Below are positions 61,030-64,000 of a stretch of DNA of 64,000 bases, piece by piece. Position 1 is the first letter of the stretch, and every line of letters starts with the position of its first letter. The DNA comes from Candidatus Undinarchaeales archaeon (GTDB lineage Archaea > SpSt-1190 > JASMDC01): the NCBI GenBank assembly GCA_030753015.1, contig JASMDC010000011.1, forward strand, positions 21,674 to 85,673, given 5' to 3'. The position numbers and the translations under genes are program-made. The notes under the pieces are model-generated. The model made no database searches. It was given only the letters and a program-made list of their open reading frames with translations, and was not told the DNA's origin.

Positions 61030-61258
61030 GGCGCCAGTGGCTCACTACAATATACACACATCTGTACTTCTAGGTAGGATGTAGTTGTCTGCTCACATGT
61101 TGGCGTAGATTAGACCTCTGAATCCAGTTGACCCAAACTGAGATCTATAGATTAGACAATCAGTCAAGTCCCCAGGTCCGCAACGGGAGCGCACGTCGAA
61201 AGGAAAACTATAAAAGACAGCATTCGGGCCTCCGCGCTCCATACGCAGAGTGATTATC

Positions 61259-62002
61259 ATGGAAGACATCATCGAAACGGAATCTATCGAGATCTACGAT
61301 GTACCTGGCCTGAACACCTATGTGGTGGCGGAGCCGCGGATGGAGCCCCCCGGATACTTCAGCAAGGGGCCGACCTACAAGGACGTCCTTCACTCACTCA
61401 ACGACGCGCTCGAACAGGATGACGCCTCCTATACCCTCTACACCGACTCAGGATCCACCTACGATATCAACGAACTACGCACTTTGTCCAAGAACACACA
61501 GGATTCCGCTGTAGCTAAGATAAAGAGCGATGCTTTCGGAGCTGCCATCTGGGGCTACTTCCTTTACCCGTATGGTCTGGTCGTCTCCGCCATGGACGCC
61601 ATCGACGCGTTCAAGTCCTACAAGCTCATGAAGGAGGGTCAGCGCCTTGAGAAGAACATCGTCAAGGGCCATGTCGAGAAGTCCGAGGGCCTCTCCGAGC
61701 TCCACGAGCTGTACAACGAGCTCGACATACCCAGTATCGATGCTGAAATCCAGCGGGAGATCGGCCAGCTCAGCTTCTTCCGAAAGATCGTCCCACCCAA
61801 GGATGTCAGGGAGCGGATCATGGACAAGGTGGCCGAGAAGTCCCTTGCCTACCAAACGCTCAACATCCGCGCTCGCGAAATTGCTGAGGAGCTGGATGAC
61901 GAGAACTTCCTTTACGTAGCGCAGGCCTACGAAAAGGCCGCTCATGGCCACCACTTCCCCATGATCGGCGTGCAACGGGAGCCCGAACAGGAAGAGCAGT
62001 AA
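61259..62002 (+). CDS. Hypothetical protein
   Basis: Frame of track ORF 61250-62002 (GTG). The ATG at 61259 is preceded by GTGAT. TATA-like CTATAAAAG lies about 45 nt upstream. One central hydrophobic segment. No motif recognised. Confidence 0.55.
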   Translation: MEDIIETESIEIYDVPGLNTYVVAEPRMEPPGYFSKGPTYKDVLHSLNDALEQDDASYTLYTDSGSTYDINELRTLSKNTQDSAVAKIKSDAFGAAIWGYFLYPYGLVVSAMDAIDAFKSYKLMKEGQRLEKNIVKGHVEKSEGLSELHELYNELDIPSIDAEIQREIGQLSFFRKIVPPKDVRERIMDKVAEKSLAYQTLNIRAREIAEELDDENFLYVAQAYEKAAHGHHFPMIGVQREPEQEEQ

Positions 62003-62104
62003 ACACCGAGAACGTATGACTGGGGCGCTGTTCCCTCCGGACGCGTAGGTCAATTCAAAGCTTGAAGTCCCATCGCGCTGTCATGGACATCACCGCTACA
62101 GTGC

Positions 62105-63841
62105 TCAGTCATGTGCATAGATGATGTGGACCACGCCGTCGACTATGCGATCGATCCTACCGAATCCCATGCGCTCCATTTGGACGAGATCGCCCGGGTG
62201 CGCGACCTTTAACGGGGGCTCACCAAGAGCTCGCTTGGCGGGCATGGAGTCAGGGACACGCTCACCGTTCTCATCCTCGAGTATTCCTGGATAGTATATG
62301 TGCACCTTGACAGCTGTCCGCTTGGGCACCCAGTGGAGCTTGGGCATACCTCTGACGACATCATCGCCATCGTACACGGCGAGCACGCGTCCGGTATGCT
62401 CGTCACGCCCCTCGATGCGCACGTTGTAGAGGTCCTTGAGGCGGACCACGGCCCCGACCTGTAGCTTGTCTGCGTCCTCTCGTGTGATGCAGAACAGCGA
62501 GCCCGTCTCGAACGTCCGCTCTCCCATCTCGGGATTGCTCGGGTGCCGCTTCAGCCGTGCCGTCCGCTCGGGGGCCTCTTCTACGATCAGCTCGACGGCG
62601 TCCACGACGACGAAGGCCCGGTATGCGAGAGGGTCGATGTTCTTGCGGTTCAGGCCCGCCAGCAGCTTCCAGCTGATCACGGGCTCTGCGGTGGACGGCC
62701 CGATCTCGACGGACAGGTCCTTCAGCGTCTTGGGGATAATGCCACGCCTGCGGAGCCCGGCGAGCGTGGAGAGCCGCGGATCGTCCCACCCCTCCACGAC
62801 ACTCTCGTCGATGAGGGCCTTGATGAGGCGCTTGGAGGTCGGTGTGCCCTCCAGAGAGAAACGTGAGTACTGCATGATCCGGGGATTGGGAAGTCCCAAC
62901 AGACCGCGGATGTGCTCCTGCAGCTCGATGCGTGGCTGGAACTCGTTGGACCGGAGCACGTGGGTGATGCCCCGCCGGGAGTCCTGGATGGCCACGGCGA
63001 AGTCGTAGGTGGGGTAGACGTAGTACTTGTCGCCGTGTAAAGGATGCGGATGGTCGATGACGCGTAGCATCATGGGATCGCGCATCACCATGTTCCCGGC
63101 CTCCATGTCGCCCTTCAGACGGACGCCGAACTCACCTTCACCGACCTTGCGAGCGTTCATGCTCTCCCACAGGGCTACGTTCTCCTCGATGGACCGGTCA
63201 CGGTGACTGCAGGGGCGTCCAGCACGGCGGTTCGCGCTGATGGTTTCTGCGGGGCAGTCGCACACGTAGAGACGACCGTCGTGCAGGAGCCGGTCGGCGT
63301 GCTCAATGATAAGAGGTATCTCGTCCGACACTCGCAGCTCTTCGTCCCACTCGATGCCCAGCCAGGTGAGGCCGTCCTTGATGGCGTCGTAGTACTGCAC
63401 CTCTTCCTTCCGGGGATTGGTGTCCTCGAACCGAAGTACGAGCCTGCCGTTGTACATCTTGGCATAGAGGAAGTTGATGAGGGCCGAGTAGGCGTGGCCG
63501 ATGTGGGGGAAGCCGTTCGGCTCGGGGGGGAACCGCGTGACCACCTTCCCATCCTCGGCGCCTTCGAGGGGGGGCAGTCCGGTCCGTTTGCCCTGCTTCT
63601 TGCCCGTGGGCTCGGGGACGAGCTCGACGTACTTGGCCTCCCGGGTAGCCTCGTCCATAGCGTTGACCTCGGCGATGACCTCGAGCGCGAGCGATTTGAC
63701 CTCCTTGGCTCGGGGCCGGAGTTCCGTGGAAGTCCCTATGACCGATCCCATGACCGCACCAATCTGGGCTGCGCCATCGTGACGCTGGGCGTTCTCAAGG
63801 GCATGGGCAAGGATGAGCCGTCGCAGCTGGTCATCGTCCAT
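62105..63841 (-). CDS. gltX: Glutamate--tRNA ligase (archaeal-type GluRS)
   Basis: 578-aa ORF. Class I HIGH motif PNGFPHIGHAYSA, a KMSKS-equivalent (GTPTSKR), and C-terminal beta-barrel anticodon-binding domains typical of the archaeal/eukaryal Glx-RS type. Confidence 0.9.
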   Translation of the reverse strand: MDDDQLRRLILAHALENAQRHDGAAQIGAVMGSVIGTSTELRPRAKEVKSLALEVIAEVNAMDEATREAKYVELVPEPTGKKQGKRTGLPPLEGAEDGKVVTRFPPEPNGFPHIGHAYSALINFLYAKMYNGRLVLRFEDTNPRKEEVQYYDAIKDGLTWLGIEWDEELRVSDEIPLIIEHADRLLHDGRLYVCDCPAETISANRRAGRPCSHRDRSIEENVALWESMNARKVGEGEFGVRLKGDMEAGNMVMRDPMMLRVIDHPHPLHGDKYYVYPTYDFAVAIQDSRRGITHVLRSNEFQPRIELQEHIRGLLGLPNPRIMQYSRFSLEGTPTSKRLIKALIDESVVEGWDDPRLSTLAGLRRRGIIPKTLKDLSVEIGPSTAEPVISWKLLAGLNRKNIDPLAYRAFVVVDAVELIVEEAPERTARLKRHPSNPEMGERTFETGSLFCITREDADKLQVGAVVRLKDLYNVRIEGRDEHTGRVLAVYDGDDVVRGMPKLHWVPKRTAVKVHIYYPGILEDENGERVPDSMPAKRALGEPPLKVAHPGDLVQMERMGFGRIDRIVDGVVHIIYAHD

Positions 63842-63862
63842 GGCCGCGGGGAGCCGGGCACC

Positions 63863-63870
63863 ATTTTTAA
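63863..63870. promoter_or_regulatory. Single central TATA element (ATTTTTAA) in a 52-bp divergent intergenic region
   Basis: About 25 nt from the gltX ATG (63841) and about 27 nt from the ATG at 63894. Confidence 0.5.
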
Positions 63871-63893
63871 CTCTTGCTCACATCCCCGGATAT

Positions 63894-64000
63894 ATGGGTA
63901 CCGCGCCCGATATCGAGGAGGGGGACGACGGGTGTCTCGTAGCTATTCACGCCGTTCCCGGAGCGGACACGCCCTCGGCCGCGTGGGACCCGTGGACGGG
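63894..64000 (+). CDS. 5' end of a possible DUF167 (YggU-like) gene, truncated by the window edge
   Basis: MGTAPDIEEGDDGCLVAIHAVPGADTPSAAWDPW resembles the l.v.V.PgA...i N-terminal strand pattern of DUF167. Only 35 codons are visible. Confidence 0.4.
   Translation, partial: MGTAPDIEEGDDGCLVAIHAVPGADTPSAAWDPWT

Noticed and set aside
60773-61073. Track ORFs 60773-61000 (+), 60888-61073 (+), 60739-60981 (-) and 60833-61057 (-)
   Set aside because: All overlap the much better explained 35-codon eL41 reading frame. Their translations are Ala/Arg/Ser-rich and motif-free.

Overview
High-GC archaeal chromosomal segment. The archaeal (euryarchaeal or Thermoplasmatota-like) assignment rests on gene content: an RNase P-proteasome-SBDS-exosome superoperon, prefoldin alpha, archaeal-type GluRS, eL41, a class III (prepilin-like) signal peptide, TATA boxes 22-30 nt upstream of start codons, and GGTGA-type Shine-Dalgarno sites. 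I support about 75 protein-coding genes, one tRNA-Arg(GCG), one degraded IS200/IS605-type TnpB remnant, and several promoter, operator and terminator-like elements. I saw no rRNA and no CRISPR array. Housekeeping blocks: K+ channel and RCK, molybdo-oxidoreductase, CorA, the NFACT-HIT-HD operon, prefoldin, HutI, the exosome superoperon with uS2, QueC and GluRS. Between them sit accessory-looking stretches that are AT-richer by eye. These are an MNT/HEPN pair with extra fused domains, VapBC plus the IS remnant, a PadR-HAAS-beta-helix membrane operon, many large secreted or surface proteins, and a 1.6-kb gap next to tRNA-Arg. The surface proteins include a LamG-PQQ-WD40 giant, tandem TSP3-repeat paralogues, a pilin-signal adhesin with 8 tandem repeats, and transglutaminase, DUF1566 and WD40-like proteins. 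The tRNA-Arg gap holds a tandemly duplicated small-protein cassette of unrecognised family, which I rate the most novel signal. All calls come from reading the ORF translations and the DNA by eye. No database search was run, so family names are motif-based recognitions, and start codons are often inferred from overlaps and TATA/SD geometry.
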